The notes beneath the pieces were generated by a model. That model did not search any database. It saw nothing but the letters and a program-made list of their open reading frames with translations, and had not been told where the DNA came from. Source: an uncultured delta proteobacterium (lineage in GTDB: Bacteria > Desulfobacterota > Desulfobacteria > Desulfobacterales > CAVQMW01). From it: a DNA stretch of 64,000 bases. Location of the stretch: assembly GCA_963713755.1 (NCBI GenBank), contig CAVQMW010000005.1:1455119-1519118 (forward strand), given 5' to 3'. Positions within the stretch are counted from its first letter, which is position 1; each line of letters begins with the position of its first letter. Below, piece by piece: positions 10,167 to 19,854 of the stretch. The position numbers and the translations under genes were made by a program.

Positions 10167-11924
10167 TTGATGACGAAGCTTGGGATGCAAATTGGGTCGA
10201 ACAAAGCGCGAACGATGTCTTTAAATTCCAGCATACTAAAGCCGAAAGTACCGTTCCCCGAAGCTCGGTCGATCATTGATGCCCTATTGTTGGCGGAAAA
10301 AAGTATGTCCCTCTATGCTGAGGGGCACGCAAAATTCCAAACACCGGTCATGGCGTTGAAAGAAAAGTTCGATGCCTATTTTAAATATGAAGACGAACTC
10401 TGCATTTTTGTCATGAAAGATCGTCTGCTGGCCGATGATCAAGTTATCTACCAAGGCGAAGCAAAAGAGGGGGACTTTGCGTTTGCTTTGTTTCGCGATG
10501 GCATGCAGAAACTTCTGTTCCATCTGGGAATCGATTTTGACGAGACCATGGCATTCGTTAAAATATTCCATGATTATAAGGCGATCCCCCCCGAAGCCGA
10601 AGGTGATATCGTTACAGCCCTATGGGAGGCACAACTGCCCCATGTCCGGTATGAGGCGGCTCTCAATAGCATCGATACAGATACCGATGATGAAGGTGGT
10701 CCGGATCAAAAAGATAGCCAGTCAGCGAGTGACGCTCCTCACCGGAGAGGCCATACCCCCTTCAAATCCTTGGCTTCTATCACCATGGATACGGCGCCAG
10801 CAGGGCCTTCCCCTCGCCCCAGTCCAGGGCAGGTTTCCCAATTGACTCTGATCGAAATGACGCCAAATGAGGTTAAACAGATCAAGGAGATGGTCCAGCA
10901 TGAGGAGCATCGTGATGCTTCGGAAGAAATCCTGAATATGCTGGCTGACATTTTAAAAGCGCCCGAAGGTGGAGAGTTTTTTAATGTTGTACTGGAGTAC
11001 CTCTCCACAGGGCTACACAGGGCCTTAACGGACAAGGATTTTAGCTGCGGATACCAAATTCTGAAGAAATTATATCAAGTCCGCATGCTGCACCAGGAAT
11101 CAACGCCGCTGAATCATCCCGGACTCAACGAATTCTTCCAAAAAATAGCAAGCCGGGATTTTCTGTCAGCGCTTCAGGGACCATGGCCTGAACTTAATGA
11201 ATCCGAATTGAAAAAAACAAAACAGATGTTTTTGTTCATGCCGCCCTCGGCGACGATTGCCCTTGGTTCCCTGTTGTCTGAAGATTTGAGCCCCACCGTA
11301 AAAAATATGATCGTTGAGGTAATTGCCCAATTGTCTGAACGGGACCCCCATCCATTAGAAACCCTACTGGGCAGTGCTAAAGCCGATCTGATATGCCTCT
11401 TACTCCCTATAATCGCTGGAATTGAAGGGAAGGCTGCGGCCCGAATCCTCATAAACTTTATGAGCCACCCCGATGAACGTGTCCGCATGAAGGTACTGAG
11501 CTCAATCATCCGCATGGATCTATGGCTGCCGGACAGGCTCATCGCTCTTGTTGATGACAAGAGTTCGTCCATTCGGCAAAAATGCTTAGAGTATCTGGGA
11601 TCTCGCCGCAGCCAAAAAACTGAAATGCTGCTCTGGAACTACCTGAATAACAGAAAATTCAAGAAAAAAGAGCAGAGTTACCAGATGACTTGCTATCATG
11701 TGCTCGGCAAATGCGGCACTGAAAGTGTGCTTCCCTATCTTGAAAATGCCCTATTAAACGGTGGGCTCTATTCCAAATTGGTGTATTCCCCTCGCCGCCA
11801 GGGGGCCGCCCTGGCCTTAAAGGGCCTGAGAGGGGTAAAAGCGAATGAAATTTTAGCCGAGGCTTCAAAAAGTAAATTTCCGGGTATTCGTAAAGTTGTC
11901 AATACCGTTCTGGAATTGAATTAG
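10167..11924 (+). CDS. HEAT/PBS-lyase-repeat protein of unknown function.
   Basis: 585 aa. The C-terminal third has HEAT-like repeats (HPDERVRMKVLSSIIRM, DDKSSSIRQKCLEYLG, FPGIRKVVNTV). An acidic Pro/Ser-rich linker sits mid-protein. The start is uncertain (TTG 10167, ATG 10170 or ATG 10215). Confidence 0.55.
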   Translation: MMTKLGMQIGSNKARTMSLNSSILKPKVPFPEARSIIDALLLAEKSMSLYAEGHAKFQTPVMALKEKFDAYFKYEDELCIFVMKDRLLADDQVIYQGEAKEGDFAFALFRDGMQKLLFHLGIDFDETMAFVKIFHDYKAIPPEAEGDIVTALWEAQLPHVRYEAALNSIDTDTDDEGGPDQKDSQSASDAPHRRGHTPFKSLASITMDTAPAGPSPRPSPGQVSQLTLIEMTPNEVKQIKEMVQHEEHRDASEEILNMLADILKAPEGGEFFNVVLEYLSTGLHRALTDKDFSCGYQILKKLYQVRMLHQESTPLNHPGLNEFFQKIASRDFLSALQGPWPELNESELKKTKQMFLFMPPSATIALGSLLSEDLSPTVKNMIVEVIAQLSERDPHPLETLLGSAKADLICLLLPIIAGIEGKAAARILINFMSHPDERVRMKVLSSIIRMDLWLPDRLIALVDDKSSSIRQKCLEYLGSRRSQKTEMLLWNYLNNRKFKKKEQSYQMTCYHVLGKCGTESVLPYLENALLNGGLYSKLVYSPRRQGAALALKGLRGVKANEILAEASKSKFPGIRKVVNTVLELN

Positions 11925-11958
11925 GTCCCTTCAAAGTATAGCATGACGAAATCAAAAT

Positions 11959-13389
11959 ATGAGTGAACACGAAAACCATAATACATCTTCTAAATGGCAA
12001 GAATTTTTTGCCGTCACCTTCTACCGGCTGCTGCAGGTGGCCCGGATACATGAAGACAACAACAAACTGGTAAAGGAGAATCTGCACAACTTTAAAAGGG
12101 TACTATCCCAGATTGAGATCATAGACAATGTCACCCTGGTGATGTCCGAGGGAAGACTCTACATTGATGGGGAGCGATTAAATTACAGGAAAAAATTTAT
12201 CGGTGTGATCAATGCGATGGTCGCCTATTTCAATGAACGCTCCCTCTATGGTCTCAGGTTCCATTCTGCTACTCAAGCTGCAGGCCATGGCGAAATCATT
12301 AATCTGGTAAGATTACTGAATTTTGCTGTTCAAAAGGAAGAACCGACAACCTGGTTAGAACAGCAATTGATTAATCGGCAATTATTATGGGTTAAGATTC
12401 TCCGGAAGAAAGATACCGCCCAAGAGGAGATCGATCCAGATATTAAACAGAAAGCTAAGAACACCTATCATAGTGCGGTAACATCCTTGAGGCAGGTATC
12501 GCAAAAAATCAGCAAGCAAGGATCTGCCGGAGTTCGCAAGGCCAAACGCATGATACAGAGCATGATCGATTTAGCCCTTGAAGAAGAAAGCATCATGATT
12601 GGCCTTAGTACCATAAAGGACTACGACGACTATACCTACGCCCACTCCGTCAGTGTAGCGGTACTCTCCTTGTGCCTGGGAAACCGTCTCGGCCTATCCC
12701 GAATTTCCCTGGAACGACTCGGTATTAGCGGGCTCTTTCATGATCTGGGCAAGGTGGACATTCCCCATGAGATCGTTAACAAACCAGGGAAGCTAAATGA
12801 CACGGAGTGGAATGTGATCAGAAAACACCCGTTGTCGAGTGTCCGGCAAATCTTGAAGCTGCATGCCTCCCAGTCCCTGAAATCGGAGATTTTATTGGCT
12901 CCCTACGAGCATCATATCCGGTATGATCTCTCGGGGTACCCCAAAGCCCACTTTCTGAAAAAAATCAGTCTCTTCGGCCGTATTATCCATATTACCGATG
13001 TATACGACGCGATCACTTCGCCCCGGATCTATAGGCCTTCTGCATATAGCCCGGATCAGGCTCTGGCCCATATGTTAAAAAATGCGGGCACTGATTTCGA
13101 TCCATTACTTATAAAAGTATTCGCCATGATGATGGGCACCTATCCCCCCGGTACACTCCTGCAACTCGACACCGGCGAGATTGGCCTGGTCGTGGATTAT
13201 CCCATGGAATCAGGAGAAAATTTGCCCCGTGTGGTGCTCCTCCAACAGGATACGGATCATAAGCTAAAACGGGGTGAGCTGGTTAATCTGTCCGAGAAGG
13301 ATCTCTCTTCTGGAACTTATCTCCGGCAGGCGGTAAAAACCCTTAATCCCACAACCTTCGGTATCCAACCGGGCGAATTTATCGTTTAG
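11959..13389 (+). CDS. HD-GYP domain c-di-GMP phosphodiesterase.
   Basis: Motifs present: HSVSVAVLS, GLFHDLGKVDIP, KLNDTEWNVIRKHP, HHIRYDLSGYPK and ITDVYDAITSPRIYR. Confidence 0.85.
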   Translation: MSEHENHNTSSKWQEFFAVTFYRLLQVARIHEDNNKLVKENLHNFKRVLSQIEIIDNVTLVMSEGRLYIDGERLNYRKKFIGVINAMVAYFNERSLYGLRFHSATQAAGHGEIINLVRLLNFAVQKEEPTTWLEQQLINRQLLWVKILRKKDTAQEEIDPDIKQKAKNTYHSAVTSLRQVSQKISKQGSAGVRKAKRMIQSMIDLALEEESIMIGLSTIKDYDDYTYAHSVSVAVLSLCLGNRLGLSRISLERLGISGLFHDLGKVDIPHEIVNKPGKLNDTEWNVIRKHPLSSVRQILKLHASQSLKSEILLAPYEHHIRYDLSGYPKAHFLKKISLFGRIIHITDVYDAITSPRIYRPSAYSPDQALAHMLKNAGTDFDPLLIKVFAMMMGTYPPGTLLQLDTGEIGLVVDYPMESGENLPRVVLLQQDTDHKLKRGELVNLSEKDLSSGTYLRQAVKTLNPTTFGIQPGEFIV

Positions 13390-13533
13390 CATACTGTAGA
13401 GTTCGAAAAAATTACATCTTATCCTATAGGTCAGGTGACCGGGGGCTGGGAAGCGTTAAAAACCGGTATTGACGGCTGGTGCAAGGACAAATCAAAAGCG
13501 CACAAAGGCAGTCCAGCGGCGATTAATAAAACA

Positions 13534-14643
13534 TCAGAATGAAAACCGGATACGTAAAAACTGGCAGTTATCAGGTAAAATCCATATAGTACTTGGCCTT
13601 GGAGGCTCGGTACCTGTGCGGGGATTTTTCTCTACGATTCCGAACAGTGCAAAAAATTCCGAGATTGGATCGATGTCCCACGAGATGTCCTCACATCTGA
13701 GTTTCACTGAGTTAACCACCTGCTGGACGATGCGCATGAACTTCTTTCCAATGTATTTCGATTTTCGTCGATTGAATCGAAATACATATTCATCCAGATA
13801 GTTCTGAAGGTATTTGGGTTCAAATCGGCCCTGAAAGGTACTGTTCATTAGCCTTTTAACAAGGGAAGCCACCAGATGGACTCCATAGAGGCTATCGTCT
13901 TGAAAACCTGATACTGATTGGTTTATCCGGACGTGGTCTTGGTCTTTGATAATTGATGGATAGCTCGACCAGGAGTCGGTAACTATGGTGCTGCCGGGTT
14001 CGACATTTTCATCGATAAAAGTTTCCAACGAAAACGATGAATAGTCCAACATGACGTGCAGACGGATCCGGCCAATTTCCGGCAGTTCCGGATCGGGTTC
14101 AACGGCGGCGACTACAATGGTTTTATGCTCAGCACCACGGCCGCGCTTGCCCGATCTTCGGCCTCCGATGACAAATTCATCCACTTCGACCCGGCCAGAT
14201 AGTTTTTCCCTATCCGTGCGAATGTTACAGCGTCTTAACTTTTGTAACCAACTCCAGGCGGTTTGGTAGCTACCAAGGCCTAAAAGTTCTTTCAGATTGA
14301 CCGCATTGACGCCGGATTTTCGGGTGGTGAACCACCACATGGCCTTGAACCAATAGGTGATTGGTTTTTTCGAGCTATCCATTATCGTGCCGGCGGTCAG
14401 TGAGTGCTGATGATTGCACTTGGTGCAGATGTACAGGTCTCTATTGCTGTGCCAGTAACTGCCGTTTCCACACTTTTTGCAAGTGAAACCACCAGGCCAT
14501 TTCATTGCAAATAAATATTGGTAACATGCTTTCGGATCGGAAAACCTCAAATCAAATTCGATCTCGGATTTTGGAAAATCCTCTGAAATGTTGAAAACTT
14601 CCATCATGGCCTCCTTTTTTTTGATTTGAGGCCAGTTTATCAT
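13534..14643 (-). CDS. IS1595-family transposase (intact copy).
   Basis: 369 aa. It has a zinc ribbon (CKKCGN..CTKCNH), the ISXO2-like core LGLGSYQTAWSWLQKLRR and LDEYVFRFNRR. It is collinear with the broken copy at 8707-9675 but clearly divergent from it. The element ends were not resolved. Confidence 0.85.
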   Translation of the reverse strand: MINWPQIKKKEAMMEVFNISEDFPKSEIEFDLRFSDPKACYQYLFAMKWPGGFTCKKCGNGSYWHSNRDLYICTKCNHQHSLTAGTIMDSSKKPITYWFKAMWWFTTRKSGVNAVNLKELLGLGSYQTAWSWLQKLRRCNIRTDREKLSGRVEVDEFVIGGRRSGKRGRGAEHKTIVVAAVEPDPELPEIGRIRLHVMLDYSSFSLETFIDENVEPGSTIVTDSWSSYPSIIKDQDHVRINQSVSGFQDDSLYGVHLVASLVKRLMNSTFQGRFEPKYLQNYLDEYVFRFNRRKSKYIGKKFMRIVQQVVNSVKLRCEDISWDIDPISEFFALFGIVEKNPRTGTEPPRPSTIWILPDNCQFLRIRFSF

Positions 14644-14768
14644 AGCGGTGTGACAGATCCGGTCACAGTTTTCGGCTACTGGAGCTTTTTAGATAAGTGT
14701 GTTCTTCTATTTAAAGGGTACACAACAATTCAGATAATCAAAGTTTTAGACTGCCCCTAAATGAACCC

Positions 14769-15199
14769 ATGCCTAGTGTTCGGCAAGTCCCAAGCAGTGA
14801 AACTTTATTGCTGAAATTTTCGGTTGTCAAAAAAATGAAATTTGGTAAGTTATTCCCGTATTTACATTTGGATGGTATCGTGCTCAAACGCACCCGGGCG
14901 GGGGATGTGCGCAATGTTTCCATATTGGTTTCCATTGGTATGGCGGAAGACCGTTGTCGCCAGGTTCTGGTAGGTGCCGGAGAGGATAATGAAGACTATG
15001 TTGGTTGGGGCGGCTTTTTGTGACACCTGGAAAGGCTATTTCTGACAAGTGCCAGGCTGGTCATCAGCGACGTTTGTCTGGGGCTTGTGGAATCTATGGG
15101 CAATTTTTTTATCCCCAGACCAAATGTCAGGGGTGTGCATTCAACTTTTACCGCAATGTGATATTTGATAGAAGAAAAACACCGGTGAAAGAAGCTTAG
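14769..15199 (+). pseudogene. IS256-family (mutator-type) transposase remnant, multiply frameshifted.
   Basis: FPYLHLDGIVLKRTRAGDVRNVSILVSIGMAEDRCRQVLVGAGEDNEDYVGWGGFL is followed, in other frames, by LVISDVCLGLVESMGNFF and YPQTKCQGCAFNFYRNV. This is collinear with the conserved IS256 core. The N- and C-terminal parts are absent. Confidence 0.65.
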
Positions 15200-15664
15200 G
15201 TGTCATCATGACTGGAACAGGAGGAGATCAGAAAAATTAGATAGATGAGGAGAAAATGTTTTGGGGTGAGTGAAAACTCAAATCATAACTCCTACATATT
15301 CCCACCCATAAACGATGCCATTGAGGCTTTCAAAATTAGGGCAATCAGTTGCTTTGGTCATAAAACAAACTGGCCGCTGGACACTGATTACCGGAATTAA
15401 GGAGGAATTCGGTTCGAAATTCTTCCCTCCATGGGATCCATTTCCATTGCTATTATCTCTTTTCACCCTGATTTGACGTGACGCTCTCCTTTTTTTGGCC
15501 CTTAGAACAACCCGCCGGGTCTTGGTTTCTGATCATGCGTAGTATTTATTTTTCGCCCGCTCTGGGGACAGTCGCGCCATAATATGCTAAACAGGATTCA
15601 AGCGCGGGCATCCGTTGTCCTTTAGGCGCCAAAAGAAAACTCAATCTAGATTAGGGAGGACCCC

Positions 15665-17425
15665 ATGTCTGATATTTCCCAAAAAAAAGCTACGCCCATC
15701 AACCCCGGCATTGCCGCGGTGCAAACCCAGGGCAGCCGGATTGTGGCCCAGGGCACCCGGATGCTGCCGGCGGCCTCGCTGATGAAAGCCGCCGGGGTGA
15801 TCCGCACCCTGGACGACCTCGAAAAACCCTTTATCACCGTCATCAATTCCTACACCACCCAGATTCCCGGCCATGCCCATCTGAATCACCTGGGCGAGGC
15901 GGTGGTTGCGGAGCTGAAGGCCCTTGGATTCAATGTCTGGTATACCAACATCGGCGGCGCGGTGTGCGACGGAATCGCTATGGGTCATTTCGGGATGAAA
16001 TACTCCCTGGCCTCCCGGGAGCTGATCAGCGATCAGATCGAGACCATCATCGCGGCCCACCCCTGTGATGCCTGGATCGGCATCGGCAACTGCGACAAGA
16101 TCGTGCCGGCCATGTTCAACGCCATGGCGCGGGTCAACCTGCCCGCGGTGTACGTTTCCGGCGGTCCCATGCTGGCCGGCGCCCGGGGGGGCGACCTGAT
16201 CACGGTGTTCGAAGGCGTGGGCAAACACGCTGCCAAGAAAATCGATGATGCGGAACTGAAATCCCTGGCGGAACACAGCTGCCCGGGGTGCGGCTCCTGC
16301 GCGGGCATGTTCACCGCCAACTCCATGAACTGTCTGGGGGAGGTGATCGGCCTGGCCCTGCCGGGCAACGGCACCATCACCGCCGAAACCTGGACCGACG
16401 AAACCAAGACCCGCACCCGGATCAATCCCGCGCGCCTCGATCTCTGCCGCCAAGCGGCGCGCACCCTCAAAACCTGCCTGGAGGCCGACCTTCGGCCCCG
16501 GGACATCATCACCCCCACTGCCATTGATAATGCCTTTATCGTGGATATGGCCATGGGCGGCAGCACCAACACGGTCCTGCACACCCTGGCCCTGGCCGCC
16601 GAGGCGGGCATCGACTACGACCTGGCGCACCTCAACACCATCTCCGCCCGCACTCCCTGCATCTGCAAGGTGTCGCCCTCGCGGCCCGAGGTCCATATCG
16701 AGGATGTCCACACCCAGGGCGGCATTCCCACCATTATCAAAGCCCTGGAGGATTATGGCAAAACCGGCCTCGACCTGGGCGCCACCACGGTGAGCGGCAC
16801 CCTGGCCGATGCCGTGGCCGGCGCCCCGGCCCCGGACGGGGATGTGATCCGCGGCGCCCAAAACGCCTTCAGCCCGGACGGCGGCCTGGCCGTGCTCTTC
16901 GGCAATCTGGCGCCCCGGGGCTCGGTGGTGAAAACCGCCGGGGTGGCCCCCGAGATGATGACTTTCGAAGGGCCGGCCGTGATTTTCGAGTCCCAGGAAG
17001 CGGCCCTGGACGGAATTCTGGAGGGATCTGTCAAGGACGGCGATGTGGTGGTGATCCGTTATGAAGGCCCCCAGGGAGGACCCGGCATGCAGGAGATGCT
17101 GGCCCCCACCGCCGCCCTTCAGGGGGCCGGGTTGCGGGCGGCCCTGATTACCGACGGCCGCTTCTCCGGGGGCACCCGGGGACTCTGCATCGGCCACATC
17201 TCCCCGGAAGCCGCCGGCGGCGGCCCCATCGCCGCCCTGCGGCCCGGGGACCGCATCCGCATCGACGCCCGCCAGCGAACATTGGAAGTGGATCTGGTGG
17301 AGGATGAGATCGAAGCCCGCCTGGCCGCCCTGCCGCCCTTTGAATCCAAAGTGCGCCGGGGCTGGTTGGCCCGCTACGCGGCCCATGTCAACTCCGCGGA
17401 CAAAGGCGCCACCATGGATATGTGA
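15665..17425 (+). CDS. ilvD: Dihydroxy-acid dehydratase.
   Basis: 586 aa. Motifs: [40 protein letters not shown] and [33 protein letters not shown] is present. Confidence 0.95.
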   Translation: MSDISQKKATPINPGIAAVQTQGSRIVAQGTRMLPAASLMKAAGVIRTLDDLEKPFITVINSYTTQIPGHAHLNHLGEAVVAELKALGFNVWYTNIGGAVCDGIAMGHFGMKYSLASRELISDQIETIIAAHPCDAWIGIGNCDKIVPAMFNAMARVNLPAVYVSGGPMLAGARGGDLITVFEGVGKHAAKKIDDAELKSLAEHSCPGCGSCAGMFTANSMNCLGEVIGLALPGNGTITAETWTDETKTRTRINPARLDLCRQAARTLKTCLEADLRPRDIITPTAIDNAFIVDMAMGGSTNTVLHTLALAAEAGIDYDLAHLNTISARTPCICKVSPSRPEVHIEDVHTQGGIPTIIKALEDYGKTGLDLGATTVSGTLADAVAGAPAPDGDVIRGAQNAFSPDGGLAVLFGNLAPRGSVVKTAGVAPEMMTFEGPAVIFESQEAALDGILEGSVKDGDVVVIRYEGPQGGPGMQEMLAPTAALQGAGLRAALITDGRFSGGTRGLCIGHISPEAAGGGPIAALRPGDRIRIDARQRTLEVDLVEDEIEARLAALPPFESKVRRGWLARYAAHVNSADKGATMDM

Positions 17426-17666
17426 GGGTGTCCAGGCCGCCACGGAAACCCAAGCCAGATGACCCAGGCACTCCCCGCTAAGGCTGGAAGAGCCAGAGTC
17501 AATGGTGCGGAGGGCGATTTTCCCGCATCCCTTCCATGAATCCGGAATATTCAGATGGTTGGATCTATCTTCATTGCCGACCGATGCATCTCACAGATCG
17601 ATATCCTTACGGATGGGGTGATATCCAGATCTGTATAATAATTTGTTAGCCAAGAAAGAAGAAAGC

Positions 17667-18503
17667 ATGCATCCGACAACCTCAGTACCTGAAAAATGCC
17701 GAATGCAGTTCCGTTCATTTACCCCCTTTTTGCTGATTTCGTTCGGCATCGCTTGGGGTATCCTTGGACTGTATATTCTTTTCTCGGATCTTATGGTAAC
17801 GGTGTTCGGCCAACTCACCGGCAACCATCCGCTTTTTTTTCTGGCCGTTTATGCGCCTGCAATCGCAGCGTTTATTCTTGTCGCCCGCAACAGTGGCTTC
17901 GGCGGACTGCGGCGTTTCCTTGGTCGGGCATTGCTATGGCGCTGCAGTGCGGCCTGGTATGCCTTTCTTTTCATTGGCATGCCTTTGATCTTCATTGGTG
18001 GTTCTGCGATTAGAGGTAACCTTTTAACGGAACCTTTTCCATTTTCATCCTTTCAGGCTCTGTTCGTGGCGTTGACCCTTGCCGCCATCAAAGGCCCGAT
18101 CGAGGAGTTCGGTTGGCGGGGGCTCGGACTTCCTCTTCTGCAAAGGAAGTTCGCTCCGCTTTGGGCCGGGCTGATTCTTGGAGCCATCTGGGGTCTGTGG
18201 CATATGCCAGCCTTTCTGTTGAGCGGAACACAGCAGAGCGAGTGGTCATTCGCGGCATTCTTTGCTGGATGTCTGGCGATCAGCGTCATCGCAACTGCAC
18301 TGTTCAACAGCTCGCGAGGCAGCATCCTTCTATCGGCGTTCTTCCACTTTTCGCTCATGAATCCGATTTTCCCGGATGCGCAACCCTATGATACATACCT
18401 GCTGATCGTTGTTGCAACCCTTATCGTTTGGTGGAAACACAAGGATATGTTTACAAGAGAAGGGGCTTTCACAGAAGTAATTCCCCGACCGAAAGCCCTG
18501 TGA
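17667..18503 (+). CDS. CPBP (CAAX/Abi) family intramembrane glutamic endopeptidase.
   Basis: A polytopic membrane protein with EEFGWRG (the EExxxR motif) and GLWHMP (the FxxxH-type motif). The ORF opens at a TTG at 17643; the ATG at 17667 is preferred. Confidence 0.75.
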   Translation: MHPTTSVPEKCRMQFRSFTPFLLISFGIAWGILGLYILFSDLMVTVFGQLTGNHPLFFLAVYAPAIAAFILVARNSGFGGLRRFLGRALLWRCSAAWYAFLFIGMPLIFIGGSAIRGNLLTEPFPFSSFQALFVALTLAAIKGPIEEFGWRGLGLPLLQRKFAPLWAGLILGAIWGLWHMPAFLLSGTQQSEWSFAAFFAGCLAISVIATALFNSSRGSILLSAFFHFSLMNPIFPDAQPYDTYLLIVVATLIVWWKHKDMFTREGAFTEVIPRPKAL

Positions 18504-18558
18504 TGTTTCTTGATTCTGAAAGTGACGTGCGGCTACGATGAATGATAAGGAAATCTAA

Positions 18559-19827
18559 ATGCCAACGATATTCAAAACGATTTTAAGCAATTTTACGGGG
18601 GCTCGTATTCGAGTCGTCATATTGGTCTTCTTCCCACTTCTGCTTATATCGACAGGGTTTTATTCACTCTTGATCACCTATCCGGCTATTGCCGATTCCG
18701 TAGCGACTTCTGATCCTAATAAAGATTTTCAAGCAGCACTCGATGGATTTCAGGAGAGATATGGCTTTCCGGGAGCAACGGCTGCTTATGTGTTGCGGGA
18801 CGGCACAACCGGCGTTGCCGCAACCGGACTGGCCGATGTTGAAGATGGGACGCTGATGACGGTGCGATCTCGGATGCTTTCAGCCAGTATTGGCAAGACT
18901 TTTGTTGGAGCGACTGCTTTGGCGCTTGCTCGCGAGGGCGTGCTGGATTTGGATGCACCAGTGTCGCGATGGCTTGGTGACCGGCAGTGGTTTGTCCGCT
19001 TACCCAATCACGCCACAATGACCGTACGTCACCTTCTGAACCACAGTTCAGGATTGCCGGACCATGTCCATTTGGAAAGCTTTGCAACCGAGGTCTCTCA
19101 CCGATGGCCAGAGAAAAACAATCCCTTTTCACCTGAAGTCTTGATTAGTTTTGTTCTTGATATGCCGCCCCTTTTCGAAGCTGGTGAGGCGTGGTCATAC
19201 TCCGACACAGGGTATGTCTTGCTGGGGCTGGTGATAGAAGCGGCTACGGGCAGAACCTATTACGAAGAAATACAGGATCGCTTTCTGGCACCGCTTGATC
19301 TCACGCTGACGGCGCCGTCTGACAGGCGATTGCTACCCGGGCTAGCTGCCGGCTATATGGAATCAGAGAAGGCTTTCGGGTTTCCCCGAAAAACAATCCA
19401 GTCAAATGGAATGATGGTATGGCACCCCGGATTCGAATGGACTGGCGGTGGTTTGGTGAGCAATTCACGCGACCTTGCGAGGTGGGGGGCATCATTGTTC
19501 GGGGGCAATGCGATGCCCGGCGACTATCTGAAGGAACTTCTGCGAGCGGTTCCAATCAGTCCTGATGATACCAAGGTTTGCTATGGAGCAGGGGTTGGCA
19601 TTTATCGATCAGGTCCCTTTGGGCCCGTCTATGGACATGGCGGGTGGATACCCGGTTATAGTTCCAGTTTGCGCTACTATCCAGACCATGGGGTCACCAT
19701 AGCTTTTCAAATCAATACTGACGTCGGCATAGTCGATGATACGACTGCGGTGGTAAGCGAAATGGAAGAGCGGCTGGCACAAATCGCCATATCTGCTGAA
19801 AATGCCATGCACGATTGTAGGAACTAA
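18559..19827 (+). CDS. Serine hydrolase of the beta-lactamase/transpeptidase-like family, N-terminally anchored.
   Basis: SxxK motif SASIGKTF, YSDTGY, LLNHSSGLPD and HGGWIPGY. An N-terminal hydrophobic segment is present. Confidence 0.75.
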   Translation: MPTIFKTILSNFTGARIRVVILVFFPLLLISTGFYSLLITYPAIADSVATSDPNKDFQAALDGFQERYGFPGATAAYVLRDGTTGVAATGLADVEDGTLMTVRSRMLSASIGKTFVGATALALAREGVLDLDAPVSRWLGDRQWFVRLPNHATMTVRHLLNHSSGLPDHVHLESFATEVSHRWPEKNNPFSPEVLISFVLDMPPLFEAGEAWSYSDTGYVLLGLVIEAATGRTYYEEIQDRFLAPLDLTLTAPSDRRLLPGLAAGYMESEKAFGFPRKTIQSNGMMVWHPGFEWTGGGLVSNSRDLARWGASLFGGNAMPGDYLKELLRAVPISPDDTKVCYGAGVGIYRSGPFGPVYGHGGWIPGYSSSLRYYPDHGVTIAFQINTDVGIVDDTTAVVSEMEERLAQIAISAENAMHDCRN

Positions 19828-19854
19828 TCCCATAGAAGTAGGGACGCACTGCTT

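Noticed and set aside
13431-14680. Terminal repeats for the intact IS1595-family copy (GTGACCGG at about 13436 and its complement at about 14661).
   Set aside because: Only 8 bp match and there is no flanking duplication. This is too weak to define the element ends.
8666-14700. The idea that the two IS1595-family copies form a composite transposon carrying the HEAT and HD-GYP genes.
   Set aside because: The two transposases are clearly different IS species; the proteins align but are divergent throughout. One is dead, and I could not define matching outer ends. Independent insertions are the simpler reading.
15641-17443. A 600-aa ORF on the minus strand, fully antisense to ilvD.
   Set aside because: Its translation is low-complexity (G/A/R/P-rich) with no recognisable motifs. 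The plus-strand frame encodes an unmistakable dihydroxy-acid dehydratase. This is a typical stop-poor shadow ORF in very GC-rich DNA.
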